Source of the DNA: Patescibacteria group bacterium
Lineage (GTDB): Bacteria; Patescibacteriota; Patescibacteriia; Magasanikbacterales; GWA2-37-8
Assembly (NCBI GenBank): GCA_004321885.1
Contig: SCQK01000013.1
Coordinates: forward strand, 64,001 to 128,000
DNA: 64,000 nucleotides
Direction of reading: 5' to 3'
Shown: piece after piece, positions 1-7,941 of the stretch
Position numbering within the stretch: the first letter of the stretch is position 1
Layout of the letters: every line of letters starts with the position of its first letter
Made by a program: the position numbers and the translations under genes
The notes under the pieces: generated by a model
Databases searched by the model: none
What the model was told of the DNA's origin: nothing
The model's input: only the letters and a program-made list of their open reading frames with translations

Positions 1-596
1 AAGTACCGCAAGCCGTAAAATTTTCTGCCGGCAACAGCCAGATAGGTAAAATTCAGCAAACTGGGAATGGCGTAGGCGATTATCAGCCACATCAGCGGCC
101 AATGCAGAAGCAGGGCGGCCGTGCCCACAATCAGCGTGATGAACTGCGCGGCCACGATGGCGATTGATTCAAAAATCAAATTCTGGCGCGCGCGGAAAAA
201 ACTGTTGAACACCGACTGTAAACTGTCAAAAAACATCGTCACGCCAGAAATGTAAACCAAAAGCCTGGTCTCGGCCGCATACCCCAAAATATTGATAAAA
301 AAAATCGCCAACAAATAAGCGGCGACGCCGAAAAGCGCCTTGGTCCACAATATCGTATTAACGTAATTTTGCGCGTTGCTCGTGTCGCGCGCGACCTCGC
401 GGGTAAGCACCGGTGAAAGCCCGAAATCCGCCACCACGGTAAAAATAGTGGTAAAAGTGAGCGCGAAAAAATATTGTCCGGTATTGGCCGCCCCTAAAAG
501 GCGGGCAACCAAAATAAAATAAAAAAAAGAAATTATTTTTTGAAGCACCGAAGCCGCCGTCAAAAACGTGGTATTTTGCGCGACCGTATAAGACAT
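1..596 (-). CDS. Polysaccharide biosynthesis / oligosaccharide flippase family membrane protein, N-terminal part; the gene runs off the window start
   Basis: Minus-strand translation from ATG (cat at 594-596) gives MSYTVAQNTTFLTAASVLQKIISFFYFILVARLLGAANTGQYFFALTF..., a multi-TM N-terminus typical of Wzx/MOP-type flippases. No stop before position 1. Not in the ORF track because it is unterminated. Confidence 0.5.
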   Translation of the reverse strand, partial: MSYTVAQNTTFLTAASVLQKIISFFYFILVARLLGAANTGQYFFALTFTTIFTVVADFGLSPVLTREVARDTSNAQNYVNTILWTKALFGVAAYLLAIFFINILGYAAETRLLVYISGVTMFFDSLQSVFNSFFRARQNLIFESIAIVAAQFITLIVGTAALLLHWPLMWLIIAYAIPSLLNFTYLAVAGRKFYGLRY

Positions 597-666
597 AGAA
601 CCACTAATCTATATTCACTAATCACACTAATTGATGGCCACTTGTTACAATTTTACAGGAATTTGG

Positions 667-698
667 ACAAAAAAACAACCCCGACTAAGTCGGGGTTG
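667..698 (-). terminator. Rho-independent terminator downstream of rpsI: hairpin CAACCCCGACTAAGTCGGGGTTG followed by a T-run on the minus strand
   Basis: Perfect GC-rich inverted repeat at 676-698 followed (minus strand) by TTTTTTTGT. Same CCCGACTNAGTCGGG palindrome family seen elsewhere in the window. Confidence 0.6.
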
Positions 699-705
699 TG
701 TCGGA

Positions 706-1152
706 TTATCGTTTCGCCCACTGCGGAGCGCGTCTGGCTTTTTTGAGGCCGAATTTCTTCCGTTCTTTCACGCGCGGGTCGCGCGTCAGATACCCATTGG
801 TTTTTAGGGTTTTGCGCAGCTGTTCATCCCATTTGAGCAGGGCCCGCGCGATTCCGAGCTGAACCGCAACCGCCTGCCCTCTTTTGCCGCCGCCCTTAAC
901 TTTTACCGAAACGTCAAAATTCTTTTCTTTGGCAACGGCGCCAAGCGGCGCGACAACTAATTCGCGCTGTTCATATTCGGGAAAATAAATCTCCAACGGC
1001 TTGCCATTGATTGCAACATCTCCTTTTCCCAAACTCAACCGCACGCGCGCCGCGGCTGATTTGCGGCGCCCCACCGCGACGGCGGTTTCGCTTGCGGCAG
1101 GAGCTTTCACTGAAACCGGCCGCGCGCTTTTTTTCGCGGAAACTTTTGGCAT
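706..1152 (-). CDS. rpsI: 30S ribosomal protein S9
   Basis: GRRKSAAARVRL...VKGGGKRGQAVAVQLGIARALL...YLTRDPRVKERKKFGLKKARRAPQWAKR; classic S9 C-terminus. ATG at 1152 chosen; a GTG at 1173 overlapping the rplM stop is an alternative. Confidence 0.9.
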   Translation of the reverse strand: MPKVSAKKSARPVSVKAPAASETAVAVGRRKSAAARVRLSLGKGDVAINGKPLEIYFPEYEQRELVVAPLGAVAKEKNFDVSVKVKGGGKRGQAVAVQLGIARALLKWDEQLRKTLKTNGYLTRDPRVKERKKFGLKKARRAPQWAKR

Positions 1153-1169
1153 AAAACTTTGTTCAACTT

Positions 1170-1529
1170 TCACTTAAAACTAATCCTTTGCAGTCTTAAT
1201 TCCCTCATTTTGTTTTTCGGCAGCATTTTTGACACGGCCAAAATAATCGCTTTTTCCGGCTCGGCGGCCATAACCTCTTTGGCCGGCTTTTCTTTCAAGC
1301 CGCCCGGGTGCATGCTGTGATGCCGGTAAACCTTCTGCTGAATTTTTTTGCCGGAAAAATAAACCTGCCCGGCGTGGAGCACCCTCACGCGGTTATTTTT
1401 ATCCACATGCGGAGCATAATCCGGTTCATTTTTGCCCATCAAAAAGACACTTATTTCGGTGGCCACCCGGCCCACGGCCTTGCCGGCCGCGTCAACCTGA
1501 AATTTTTTGCCCTTAATTTTATTGCTCAT
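1170..1529 (-). CDS. rplM: 50S ribosomal protein L13
   Basis: MSNKIKGKKFQVDAAGKAVGRVATEISVFLMGKNEPDYAPHVD...; L13 family. ATGA overlap with the rplQ stop. Confidence 0.9.
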   Translation of the reverse strand: MSNKIKGKKFQVDAAGKAVGRVATEISVFLMGKNEPDYAPHVDKNNRVRVLHAGQVYFSGKKIQQKVYRHHSMHPGGLKEKPAKEVMAAEPEKAIILAVSKMLPKNKMRELRLQRISFK

Positions 1530-1876
1530 ACAAGCTCAATAATGGCTGCCTGGGCCGCGTCCCCTTTGCGCTCGCCCAAAGCCGTAACGCGCGTGTATCC
1601 GCCGACGCGCTCTTTGTAGCGACTAGCCAGCTCGCTCATCAATTTGCGCGCCGCCCTTGAACCGTAAAGCGCGCCCTCAATTTCGCGGCGCGCGGCCAAA
1701 TTTTGCTTTTTGGACTCGGTAATCAATTTTTCCACCAGCGGCCGCACTGCCTTGGCTTTGGCTTTGGTAGTTTTCACCTTTTCATACAAAATAACGCTAA
1801 CGGCCAAATTGGCGAGCAGTGAACGTCTGGCGGCGGTCTTTCTGTCTAAGGTAACCTTCTTTTTTTGATGACGCAT
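1526..1876 (-). CDS. rplQ: 50S ribosomal protein L17
   Basis: MRHQKKKVTLDRKTAARRSLLANLAVSVILYEKVKTTKAKAKAVRPLVEKLIT... matches the L17 N-terminus (MRHRKSGR...). ATG at 1874-1876; the track's upstream extension uses a TTG. Confidence 0.9.
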   Translation of the reverse strand: MRHQKKKVTLDRKTAARRSLLANLAVSVILYEKVKTTKAKAKAVRPLVEKLITESKKQNLAARREIEGALYGSRAARKLMSELASRYKERVGGYTRVTALGERKGDAAQAAIIELV

Positions 1877-1877
1877 A

Positions 1878-2711
1878 TCATTTCTTGACTTTCTTCTTCT
1901 CAATTTTTTCCTTTTTCACCTTCGCCTTTTTTTCTTTCTTGGGGGTTTCTTTTTTCTCTTCTTTCGCAAGGGCGTCTTTTTCTGTTTTCACTTCGGGAAC
2001 GGCTTCTTCTTCTATCTTGGCGTCGCCGGCCGCAGCCAAAATTATGGAAAAATGGTCCATCACGATTTGCGCGGCCTGCCTGATGGCCTCGTGGGGCGTC
2101 AACGCGCCGTTTGTTTCTATATTCAAAATCAATCTTTCAAAATTGGTGATGTCGCCCACGCGCGTGTATTCCACGCTGTAGCCCACGTCTTTAACCGGGC
2201 TGTAAATGGAATCAATCACGATGGTGCCCAGGTCGTAATGTTTTTTGTCTTTTTCCTCCACCGGCTTGAAGCCGCGCCCGCGGCCCGCGATAATTTCCAT
2301 TTCAAAAACACGCGGGCTGGTGAGATTGGCAATAACCAGGTCCTTGTTCATTATTTCAACATTGGCGTTGGGCTCGATGTCGCCGGCGAGTAGCGGCCCG
2401 GGGCCTTTTTTGGAAAAGGTCAGCACGACCGGCTCTTCACTAAATACTTTCAGCGCCAGCTGTTTTAAGTTCAAAATAATCTGCACTACGTCTTCTTTTG
2501 CGCCTTCCACGGCGCTAAACTCGTGCGCCACGCCCTTGATTTTGAAGGCCTCCACCGCGGCGCCCGGCAGCGAAGACAGCAAAACGCGGCGCAGGGCGTT
2601 ACCCAAAGTGGTGCCATAGCCGAAATAACAAGGTGAAATCAAAAACGCGCCCTTGGTTTTGGTTTCGCCTTCCATAAATTCCACCTTTGACGGTAAAAGT
2701 AAATTTTCCAT
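1878..2711 (-). CDS. rpoA: DNA-directed RNA polymerase alpha subunit, N-terminal domain only; the C-terminal domain is replaced by a Lys/Glu-rich tail
   Basis: MENLLLPSKVEFMEGETKTKGAFLISPCYFGYGTTLGNALRRVLLSSLPGAAV... is the alphaNTD. After about residue 235 the sequence becomes KIEEEAVPEVKTEKDALAKEEKKETPKKEKKAKVKKEKIEKKKVKK with no alphaCTD. ATG at 2709-2711; the track's longer ORF is a spurious 5' extension. Confidence 0.85.
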   Translation of the reverse strand: MENLLLPSKVEFMEGETKTKGAFLISPCYFGYGTTLGNALRRVLLSSLPGAAVEAFKIKGVAHEFSAVEGAKEDVVQIILNLKQLALKVFSEEPVVLTFSKKGPGPLLAGDIEPNANVEIMNKDLVIANLTSPRVFEMEIIAGRGRGFKPVEEKDKKHYDLGTIVIDSIYSPVKDVGYSVEYTRVGDITNFERLILNIETNGALTPHEAIRQAAQIVMDHFSIILAAAGDAKIEEEAVPEVKTEKDALAKEEKKETPKKEKKAKVKKEKIEKKKVKK

Positions 2712-2734
2712 ACTGTTCAAAATTTTACCCCTCC

Positions 2735-2767
2735 TCAATCCTCCCCTTAAATAAGGGGGGGATAAGC
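2735..2767. repeat. Palindromic element, family D (CCCCTCCTCAATCCTCCCCTTAAATAAGGGGGGG), intergenic between rpoA and rpsD
   Basis: Near-identical copy at 34084-34117; nested inverted repeat CCCCTTAA/TTAAGGGG. Confidence 0.6.
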
Positions 2768-2772
2768 AGAGT

Positions 2773-3399
2773 TTATCGCGAATAAAACTCAATGATAGTT
2801 TTGGCGTCAAAACCCGGCTCGGCAATCGTCGGCGCATTCAAAATTTTCGCGCGCAACTGGGACGGTTCCAGCCCCAGCCATCCGGGCGCCTCCAGCTTGG
2901 CCAGTTTTTCTTCCATTTTATCGTAAAGCAGGCTTTTCTTTTTGGATTCTTTAAGCGCGACCATGTCGCCGACCTTCACGCGGTAAGACGGAATATTGAC
3001 CGGACGGCCGTTTACGGACAGATGGCTGTGGCTCACGATTTGCCTGGCCGCGGCCCGGGATTTGCCCAAACCCATTCTAAACGCCACATTATCCAGGCGC
3101 GACTCCAGATAGGAAATCAAAAACTTGCCGGTGTTGCCGGTTTTCTTTGCGGCTTCGGCCACATAATTGGCAAACTGCCTTTCGCGCAGGCCGTACAATC
3201 GCTTGGCTTTTTGCTTCTCAAACAATTGTTTGCCGTAAACCGAGCGCTTGGAGTGCTTTTTGCTCGGCCCGTGCGCGCCCGGCGGATAATTGCGCTTTAC
3301 CATGGTGCATTTCGGCCCAAAACATTTTTCGCCTTTCAGCATCAGTTTAACGCCGGCTCCGCGGCACTGGGCGCATTTTGAATCTAACATTAAAACCAT
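2773..3399 (-). CDS. rpsD: 30S ribosomal protein S4
   Basis: N-terminal zinc-ribbon-like DSKCAQCRGAGVKLMLKGEKCFGPKCTMVKRNYPPGAHG aligns with Thermus-type S4 ([26 protein letters not shown]...). S4 body follows. Start Met approximate. Confidence 0.85.
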   Translation of the reverse strand: MVLMLDSKCAQCRGAGVKLMLKGEKCFGPKCTMVKRNYPPGAHGPSKKHSKRSVYGKQLFEKQKAKRLYGLRERQFANYVAEAAKKTGNTGKFLISYLESRLDNVAFRMGLGKSRAAARQIVSHSHLSVNGRPVNIPSYRVKVGDMVALKESKKKSLLYDKMEEKLAKLEAPGWLGLEPSQLRAKILNAPTIAEPGFDAKTIIEFYSR

Positions 3400-3406
3400 A
3401 AATCGT

Positions 3407-3436
3407 GTCATTCCCCCGACTAAGTCGGGGGAATCC
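3407..3436. repeat. Palindromic element, family A (GTCATTCCCCCGACTAAGTCGGGGGAATCC), intergenic between rpsK and rpsD
   Basis: Outer arms ATTCC/GGAAT enclosing the inner hairpin CCCCCGAC-TAA-GTCGGGGG. Copies at 6030-6060 and 19311-19341 lie in frame in alaS and mnmA. Confidence 0.7.
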
Positions 3437-3450
3437 AATCATGAATAAGT

Positions 3451-3924
3451 TTAAACTCTCCTTCGACCGGGCGGACGGCAGCCGTTATGCGGCATCGGTG
3501 TCACGTCGTTCACGGAAACCACGTTGAACCCGTTGATATGCAAAGCGCGAATAGCGCCCTCGCGCCCGCCGCCGATGCCCTTGACAAAAACATGCAAATC
3601 TTTCACACCAAAATCAGCCACCTTCCCGGCCACGTCTTTCACCACCATGCCGGCCGCATAGGGGGTGGCTTTCTTGGGACCCTTAAAGCCCACTTTTCCG
3701 GCCGATGACCAGCTCAAAATATCCCCGTTCGGATCGGCAATGGAAACAATGGTATTGTTATAGGAAGCCTGAATATACGCGTTGCCGTGCGCCACCTGTC
3801 TGACTGCTTTTTTCTTCTTGGATTTCACGACTTTTTTTGCGCCCGGTTTTATTTCCGCCGCCGGAACAGCCGCAGGCGCGCTATCGGCCGCTTCAATTAT
3901 TTTTGTCGCTTGTTCATCGGTCAT
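3451..3924 (-). CDS. rpsK: 30S ribosomal protein S11
   Basis: ...AHGNAYIQASYNNTIVSIADPNGDILSWSSAGKVGFKGPKKATPYAAGMVVKDVAGKVADFGVKDLHVFVKGIGGGREGAIRAL...; S11 family. Confidence 0.9.
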   Translation of the reverse strand: MTDEQATKIIEAADSAPAAVPAAEIKPGAKKVVKSKKKKAVRQVAHGNAYIQASYNNTIVSIADPNGDILSWSSAGKVGFKGPKKATPYAAGMVVKDVAGKVADFGVKDLHVFVKGIGGGREGAIRALHINGFNVVSVNDVTPMPHNGCRPPGRRRV

Positions 3925-3935
3925 ATCTCAATATA

Positions 3936-4322
3936 TCAAGTCTTTAACCCGGCCGGCTTGCGGCCGCTGCCCATGGTTTTGCGCACGTTGCCGCGCACGG
4001 TGCGGCTGTTGGTTTTGGTGCGCTGTCCGCGAACCGGCAAATGCTTCATGTGCCTGATGCCGCGATAGGCCTTAATGTCTTTCATGCGCTTGATATTGGA
4101 CATCACTTCGCGGCGCAAATCGCCTTCGGTCTTGTATTCTTTTTCCACAATCAAACGAATCTTATCTTCCTGTTCGTTGGTCAAATCCTTGACGCGGATG
4201 TCTTCGCTGATTTTGGCCTTGGCCAAGATTTTTTTCGCGGCCACGGCGCCCACGCCGTAAATATAGGGCAAAGACGCCACGATTCGTTTTTCTTTAGGTA
4301 TATTTATACCGGCGATACGCAT
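3936..4322 (-). CDS. rpsM: 30S ribosomal protein S13
   Basis: [33 protein letters not shown]...[27 protein letters not shown]; ATG at 4320-4322. The track ORF carries an N-terminal extension made of a (TAATTGG)x3 repeat. Confidence 0.9.
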   Translation of the reverse strand: MRIAGINIPKEKRIVASLPYIYGVGAVAAKKILAKAKISEDIRVKDLTNEQEDKIRLIVEKEYKTEGDLRREVMSNIKRMKDIKAYRGIRHMKHLPVRGQRTKTNSRTVRGNVRKTMGSGRKPAGLKT

Positions 4323-4340
4323 AAAATCGTCATTCGTTAT

Positions 4341-4362
4341 TGGTAATTGGTAATTGGTAATT
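4341..4362. repeat. Tandem repeat (TAATTGG)x3 in the rpmJ-rpsM spacer
   Basis: ttggtaattggtaattggtaattgg read directly in the sequence. Confidence 0.6.
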
Positions 4363-4375
4363 GGCCATTTCAACG

Positions 4376-4489
4376 CTATCCCTGTCTTTGTTTATGTTTG
4401 GGATTAAAACAAATAACGCGGATTCTGCCTTTTCGGCGCACTATTTTGCACTTAGCGCAAATTTTCTTTACCGACGTTCGCACTTTCAT
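4376..4489 (-). CDS. rpmJ: 50S ribosomal protein L36
   Basis: [37 protein letters not shown] (37 aa) is canonical L36. The track ORF has a spurious upstream extension. Confidence 0.9.
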   Translation of the reverse strand: MKVRTSVKKICAKCKIVRRKGRIRVICFNPKHKQRQG

Positions 4490-4612
4490 ACGGAAAACCA
4501 GTGTAAGAAAAACTCCAACCACTGCCGCGATATCCACGCCCGACGGCCCGTGCGCCGGACATTTGGCCGGAAAGCGCACGTCGGTCAAGCTACACCGCAA
4601 TGATTGGAATGT

Positions 4613-4831
4613 TTAAAATCTGTAAGTTATCCTTCCTTTGGTCAAATCGTATGGGGTCATTTCCAGCTTTATCTTATCTCCTATTCCCAGACGAATTTTA
4701 TTGAGCCGCATCTTGCCCGACAGATGAGCTATAATCACCTGGCCGCTTTCCAGTCTGACCTTAAAAGTGGCCGCAGGCAAAAGCTCCTCTACCGTCCCTT
4801 TTACCTCAATTACGTTTTTTTCGTTCGCCAT
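4613..4831 (-). CDS. infA: Translation initiation factor IF-1
   Basis: [72 protein letters not shown]; S1-like IF-1. Confidence 0.9.
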   Translation of the reverse strand: MANEKNVIEVKGTVEELLPAATFKVRLESGQVIIAHLSGKMRLNKIRLGIGDKIKLEMTPYDLTKGRITYRF

Positions 4832-4881
4832 TTCCTAAGTTAGTTTTAACGAGATTATCTTACCCCAAAAGACAAAATCCG

Positions 4882-5349
4882 TCAAGGGGCGGCTGGCAAA
4901 TTATCCCCATGATTTCCGCTGTCATTCCCGCCCGCGAGTGGAAATCCATTTGCGTACACCCAGTATTTATACAATAAAAAATTCCAGGCCACGGCCACGG
5001 CAATATTTGCCACGCGCGCCAGGCGATAATCCAGGCCGAATTTTTCGTTAAAAAACCACATCCAGCCAATGGCGATGATGTAATTCAAAAACATTACCAC
5101 CAAAAAACGGGCCGCCTGCGTGGCGGCGCATCCGCGGGCTCCAAAAGACCAGTATTTATTCAGCAAAAAAACATAAGCCACCATAAACACCTGGTTTATG
5201 GCCACGGCCGCAACCGGACGCAGACGGGCATATTCTTTGAGCAAATAAAGCGAGCCGACGTCCAAAAACAAGGCGCTAAGCCCCACCAAAAAATATTTGG
5301 CAAACTGCGCTCGGCTGGCCCACAGTTTTTTTATAATATCTTTTATCAT
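4882..5349 (-). CDS. GtrA-like family membrane protein (putative polysaccharide-synthesis flippase component)
   Basis: MIKDIIKKLWASRAQFAKYFLVGLSALFLDVGSLYLL...YKYWVY fits the GtrA/DPM pattern. ATG at 5347-5349 overlaps the alaS stop (ATGA). Confidence 0.55.
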   Translation of the reverse strand: MIKDIIKKLWASRAQFAKYFLVGLSALFLDVGSLYLLKEYARLRPVAAVAINQVFMVAYVFLLNKYWSFGARGCAATQAARFLVVMFLNYIIAIGWMWFFNEKFGLDYRLARVANIAVAVAWNFLLYKYWVYANGFPLAGGNDSGNHGDNLPAAP

Positions 5350-7202
5350 TCTAATATCGCCTTTATCCTCCGCACGCCGGCGCTCACTGCCTCTTCTTTG
5401 ATAATGCGGAATTTTCCCAGCACACCCGTGTGCTCCACGTGCGGTCCGCCGCATATTTCGCGGCTAAAACATTGCGAGTTCTCGTGGGCTTCAACTTTGG
5501 CTTGCGAGTCGCCCACGGAATAGACCTTGACTTTTTGCCCGTAACGTGCTTCAAACAATCCAATGGCCCCCAATTTTTTGGCCTGTTCCACGCTCATTTC
5601 TTCAAAAACCACCGTATAATCGCGCTTTATGGCATAGTTGACAAGTTCTTCAATTTGTGCTTTCTGATTTTCAGTCAGCTTCTCGGGATGGCTAAAATCA
5701 AAGCGCAAACGCTCGGCCGTAATATTGCTGCCGCGCTGTGTCACATGCTCGCCCAACACCTTGCGCAGGGCGGCGTGGAGCAAATGCGTGGCCGTGTGGT
5801 ATTTTATGGACATCTCGCCGGTATCAGCCAGCCCGCCCTTGAATTTTTGCTCGGCGCCGGCCCGAGAAAGCTCCTGATGCTTTTTCATTTCCTCGTTAAA
5901 TCCTTTGATATCAACACTTAATCCTTTTTCCTCCGCCAATTCTATCGTCAGTTCAATCGGGAAGCCATAACTTTGATACAGGTCAAAAGCATCTTTCGCG
6001 GAAATTATTTTTCCGCCGTCAGTCACATTGTCATTCCCCCGACTAAGTACGGGGGAATCCAGTAACTCCTCAAATTTCGCCATTCCTCGTTCAATCGTAT
6101 TCCTAAATTTACTCTCCTCTTTTGCCATTTCGTTTATCACAAACTCGCGGTTGCGTTCCACTTCCGGATAAACATCGCTAAAAATTTTGATTGTTTCCTC
6201 GGCCATGGCCGAGGAAAAATTTTCTTTTATTCCCAGCAGTCGTCCGTGGCGCACGGCGCGGCGAATCAAACGTCTCACCACATACCCCTGGTCCACGTTG
6301 CTTGGCGCTATCCCCTTGTCATCGCCCATGATCATGGTGGCGGTACGCAAATGGTCGGCGATAACGCGCATTGATTTGGTGACTTCCGCGTTTTCCACGT
6401 ATTCGCGCCCGGAAATCTCTTCAATTTTTTGTATCAAAGGCCAAAAAGTGTCCACCTGAAAAACATCGGCAAAGCCGTTTAAGGCGACCAGCGTGCGCTC
6501 CAGACCCATGCCAGTGTCCACGTTCTTTTGTTTGAGGGGCGCGTAACTACCATCAACCAGTTTATTGTACTCCATGAAAACGTCGTTCCAAATTTCCAGC
6601 CAATTGTCTTCGTCGTTTTCCGGGTTGCTCTTTTTGGGTGGAAGCTCAGACTCCCCCATCCAATAAAACATCTCCGTGTCCGGACCGCACGGCCCGGTGG
6701 CTCCGGCCGGCCCCCACCAATTATTTTCTTTCGGTAAAAAACAAATTTTGTGCTCTGGCACGCCCGCTTCTTTCCAAATTTCGGCCGATTCTTCGTCGCG
6801 CTCGGCTGTTTTGCCTCCCTTAAACACGGACACGGCCAATTTCTTCGGGTCCAGCCCCAGCCATTTTTGGTCCGTTAAAAATTCCCAACTCCACTGTATC
6901 GCTTCCTTTTTAAAATAGTCACCCAGCGACCAGTTGCCGAGCATTTCAAAAAAAGTATCGTGGCGGTTGTCCCCCACTTCGTCAATATCCTGCAAGCGCG
7001 CGCATTTTTGCGCGCTGGCCAAACGCTTGCCCTCGGGATGTTTTTCGCCCAGTAAATACGGCACCAGCGGGTGCATGCCGGCGGTGGTAAACAAAACCGT
7101 CGGATCGTTTTCCGGAACGAGCGAGGCCGACAAAATCACCTTGTGTCCTTTACTGACAAAAAAATCCAAATATTTCTGCCGCAGTTGTTTTGATATGAGC
7201 AT
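5346..7202 (-). CDS. alaS: Alanyl-tRNA synthetase, short form lacking the C-terminal C-Ala domain; contains one in-frame palindromic insert
   Basis: Class II catalytic core (FTTAGMHPLVPYLLG, FFEMLGNWSLGDYFK), editing-domain motifs HTATHLLHAALRKVLGEHVTQRGS and CGGPHVEHTG. 618 aa against about 870 typical. Insert LDSPVLSRGND is encoded by the family A element at 6030-6060. Confidence 0.85.
   Translation of the reverse strand: MLISKQLRQKYLDFFVSKGHKVILSASLVPENDPTVLFTTAGMHPLVPYLLGEKHPEGKRLASAQKCARLQDIDEVGDNRHDTFFEMLGNWSLGDYFKKEAIQWSWEFLTDQKWLGLDPKKLAVSVFKGGKTAERDEESAEIWKEAGVPEHKICFLPKENNWWGPAGATGPCGPDTEMFYWMGESELPPKKSNPENDEDNWLEIWNDVFMEYNKLVDGSYAPLKQKNVDTGMGLERTLVALNGFADVFQVDTFWPLIQKIEEISGREYVENAEVTKSMRVIADHLRTATMIMGDDKGIAPSNVDQGYVVRRLIRRAVRHGRLLGIKENFSSAMAEETIKIFSDVYPEVERNREFVINEMAKEESKFRNTIERGMAKFEELLDSPVLSRGNDNVTDGGKIISAKDAFDLYQSYGFPIELTIELAEEKGLSVDIKGFNEEMKKHQELSRAGAEQKFKGGLADTGEMSIKYHTATHLLHAALRKVLGEHVTQRGSNITAERLRFDFSHPEKLTENQKAQIEELVNYAIKRDYTVVFEEMSVEQAKKLGAIGLFEARYGQKVKVYSVGDSQAKVEAHENSQCFSREICGGPHVEHTGVLGKFRIIKEEAVSAGVRRIKAILE
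6030..6060. repeat. Palindromic element, family A, in frame within alaS
   Basis: gtcattcccccgactaagtacgggggaatcc; the reading frame continues through it. Confidence 0.7.
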
Positions 7203-7219
7203 AGCGATAAAAAAATCGC

Positions 7220-7582
7220 CTACTTTACCAAGCGATTTTTGCCCAACAAATTTAAAATTTTAACAATCTCTTTCTTTAATTTTGGTATATCGTTCTCAAC
7301 GATTTTCCAAACCAGATTAATATCAACTCCAAAATATTCGTGAATGAGGACGTCCCGCGTACCGGCAATTTTTTTCCATTCTACCTGAGGATGCTTCTTT
7401 TTAAAACCAGCTGGCAAGCTTTTGCATGCTTCACCGATTATTTCCAAGCGGCGAATGATCGCGTCTTGAATTGTGGTTGAATCAAAAAAAAATTTTGGCG
7501 TTAATTTCGCCGCATTTTTTTCTATTTCTTCAATACTGGTTAAAATATATTCAAGAAAAAATTCAGGCTGTCTTTTTGCCAT
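7220..7582 (-). CDS. hepT: HepT-like (DUF86) nucleotidyltransferase substrate-binding toxin
   Basis: Rx4HxY motif in RDVLIHEY; size and 20-nt overlap with the upstream MntA-like gene are typical of HepT/MntA pairs. Confidence 0.7.
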   Translation of the reverse strand: MAKRQPEFFLEYILTSIEEIEKNAAKLTPKFFFDSTTIQDAIIRRLEIIGEACKSLPAGFKKKHPQVEWKKIAGTRDVLIHEYFGVDINLVWKIVENDIPKLKKEIVKILNLLGKNRLVK

Positions 7583-7859
7583 AAATTACCTTTTGCCCGC
7601 TCAAAATCGTCTTTCGCAATAACGGGTTGATGCCGCCGTATGAAAGCACGTCTACTCGCAAACCGAGTTTGTCTTCCAGCTCTAATTTTAAACCAACCAA
7701 ATCTAATAATGATTTATTTTTTTGTAATTTTACAAGGAGATCCAAGTCGCTTTTTTTGGTCTGTTCGCCTCGGGCGAAAGACCCAAAAATCGCGGCCTTT
7801 GTCACCCCGTTTTTTTTAAGAATCGGAAAAATTTTTTTGTTTAACGTTTTTAAGGTCAT
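7563..7859 (-). CDS. mntA: MntA-like minimal nucleotidyltransferase antitoxin
   Basis: GSFARGEQTKKSDLDLLV = GSx9-13DxD nucleotidyltransferase motif; ATG at 7857-7859. Confidence 0.7.
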   Translation of the reverse strand: MTLKTLNKKIFPILKKNGVTKAAIFGSFARGEQTKKSDLDLLVKLQKNKSLLDLVGLKLELEDKLGLRVDVLSYGGINPLLRKTILSGQKVIYGKKTA

Positions 7860-7941
7860 AGTTGAAATTATTACCAATTAGACACCAACCCATTAGGAAA
7901 GCTAAATCCATTATTATTCTAACCCTTTTTTGCTTTTTTGT

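Noticed and set aside
540-746. 68-aa + strand ORF at the flippase/rpsI junction
   Set aside because: Spans a promoter/terminator hairpin region. Arg-rich. Overlaps the rpsI 3' end.
1878-2837. Longer rpoA (319 aa) and other track ORFs with N-terminal extensions (dus to 46876, sigma factor to 39588, rpsM to 4373, rpmJ to 4600)
   Set aside because: The extensions lack homology, run through palindromic elements, high-GC antisense DNA or promoters, and bona fide ATG/GTG starts with family-typical N-termini lie internally.
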